Of a stretch of DNA of 32,000 bases, positions 30,484 to 32,000 are shown one piece after another (the stretch's first letter is position 1; each line of letters begins with the position of its first letter). Source of the stretch: Cereibacter sphaeroides 2.4.1 (lineage in GTDB: Bacteria > Pseudomonadota > Alphaproteobacteria > Rhodobacterales > Rhodobacteraceae). The stretch is taken from positions 2,190,001-2,222,000 of the forward strand of contig NC_007493.2 in the NCBI RefSeq assembly GCF_000012905.2, written 5' to 3'. The notes under the pieces are model-generated. The model saw nothing but the letters and a program-made list of their open reading frames with translations. It ran no database searches and had not been told where the DNA came from. The position numbers were made by a program, and so were the translations under genes.

Positions 30484-32000
<1,517 letters not shown>

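Overview
The window is a very GC-rich segment with strong GC3 bias and looks like alphaproteobacterial chromosome. The protein sequences (cytochrome c' CycP, EF-P, UbiTUV, a TRAP uronate locus) look Rhodobacter/Cereibacter-like, but that is inference from memory, not a search. I call about 32 convincing CDS, one 52-codon candidate, one gene remnant, several GC-rich hairpins and a set of palindromic or repeated intergenic motifs. I saw no rRNA, tRNA, CRISPR array, transposase or integrase.

Gene order, left to right:
- DeoR regulator (5' partial), convergent with a RES toxin / Xre-DUF2384 antitoxin pair
- DUF475 membrane protein
- small FNR-boxed ORF
- RND efflux permease and its periplasmic adaptor
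- a 438-bp repeat-bearing spacer
- CDF metal exporter
- ubiV-ubiU-ubiT, divergent from ubiD-ubiX (the O2-independent ubiquinone module)
- lhgO
- APH-like/P-loop fusion kinase, divergent from a phasin-like gene
- EEP phosphoesterase coupled to a two-HKD phospholipase D/cardiolipin-synthase-like protein
- cycP and a cytochrome b561-type gene
- class II aldolase
- RIC/YtfE C-terminal remnant
- alpha/beta hydrolase fused to a membrane domain
- epmA, divergent from efp
- uronate catabolic locus: uxuB-like, kduD, kduI, kdgF-like cupin, TRAP dctMQP, uxaC (partial)

Most of the long Arg/Pro/Gly/Ala-rich ORFs in the six-frame track are antisense or off-frame artefacts of the GC content.

Best leads:
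1. Three FNR-type boxes. One is a perfect consensus in front of an unannotated-looking microprotein ORF, one is central in the ubiTUV/ubiDX divergent promoter, and one is nested in a larger inverted repeat between the fusion kinase and the phasin-like gene.
2. An AT-rich palindrome over the likely RND promoter. Its half-sites and spacing recur upstream of cycP.
3. A 35-nt direct repeat with 87-bp period in the long spacer.
4. A decayed RIC (NO-repair) gene tail near cycP.

Nothing here is demonstrably a new system from sequence alone. All motif coordinates were counted by hand and may be off by 1-2 nt.
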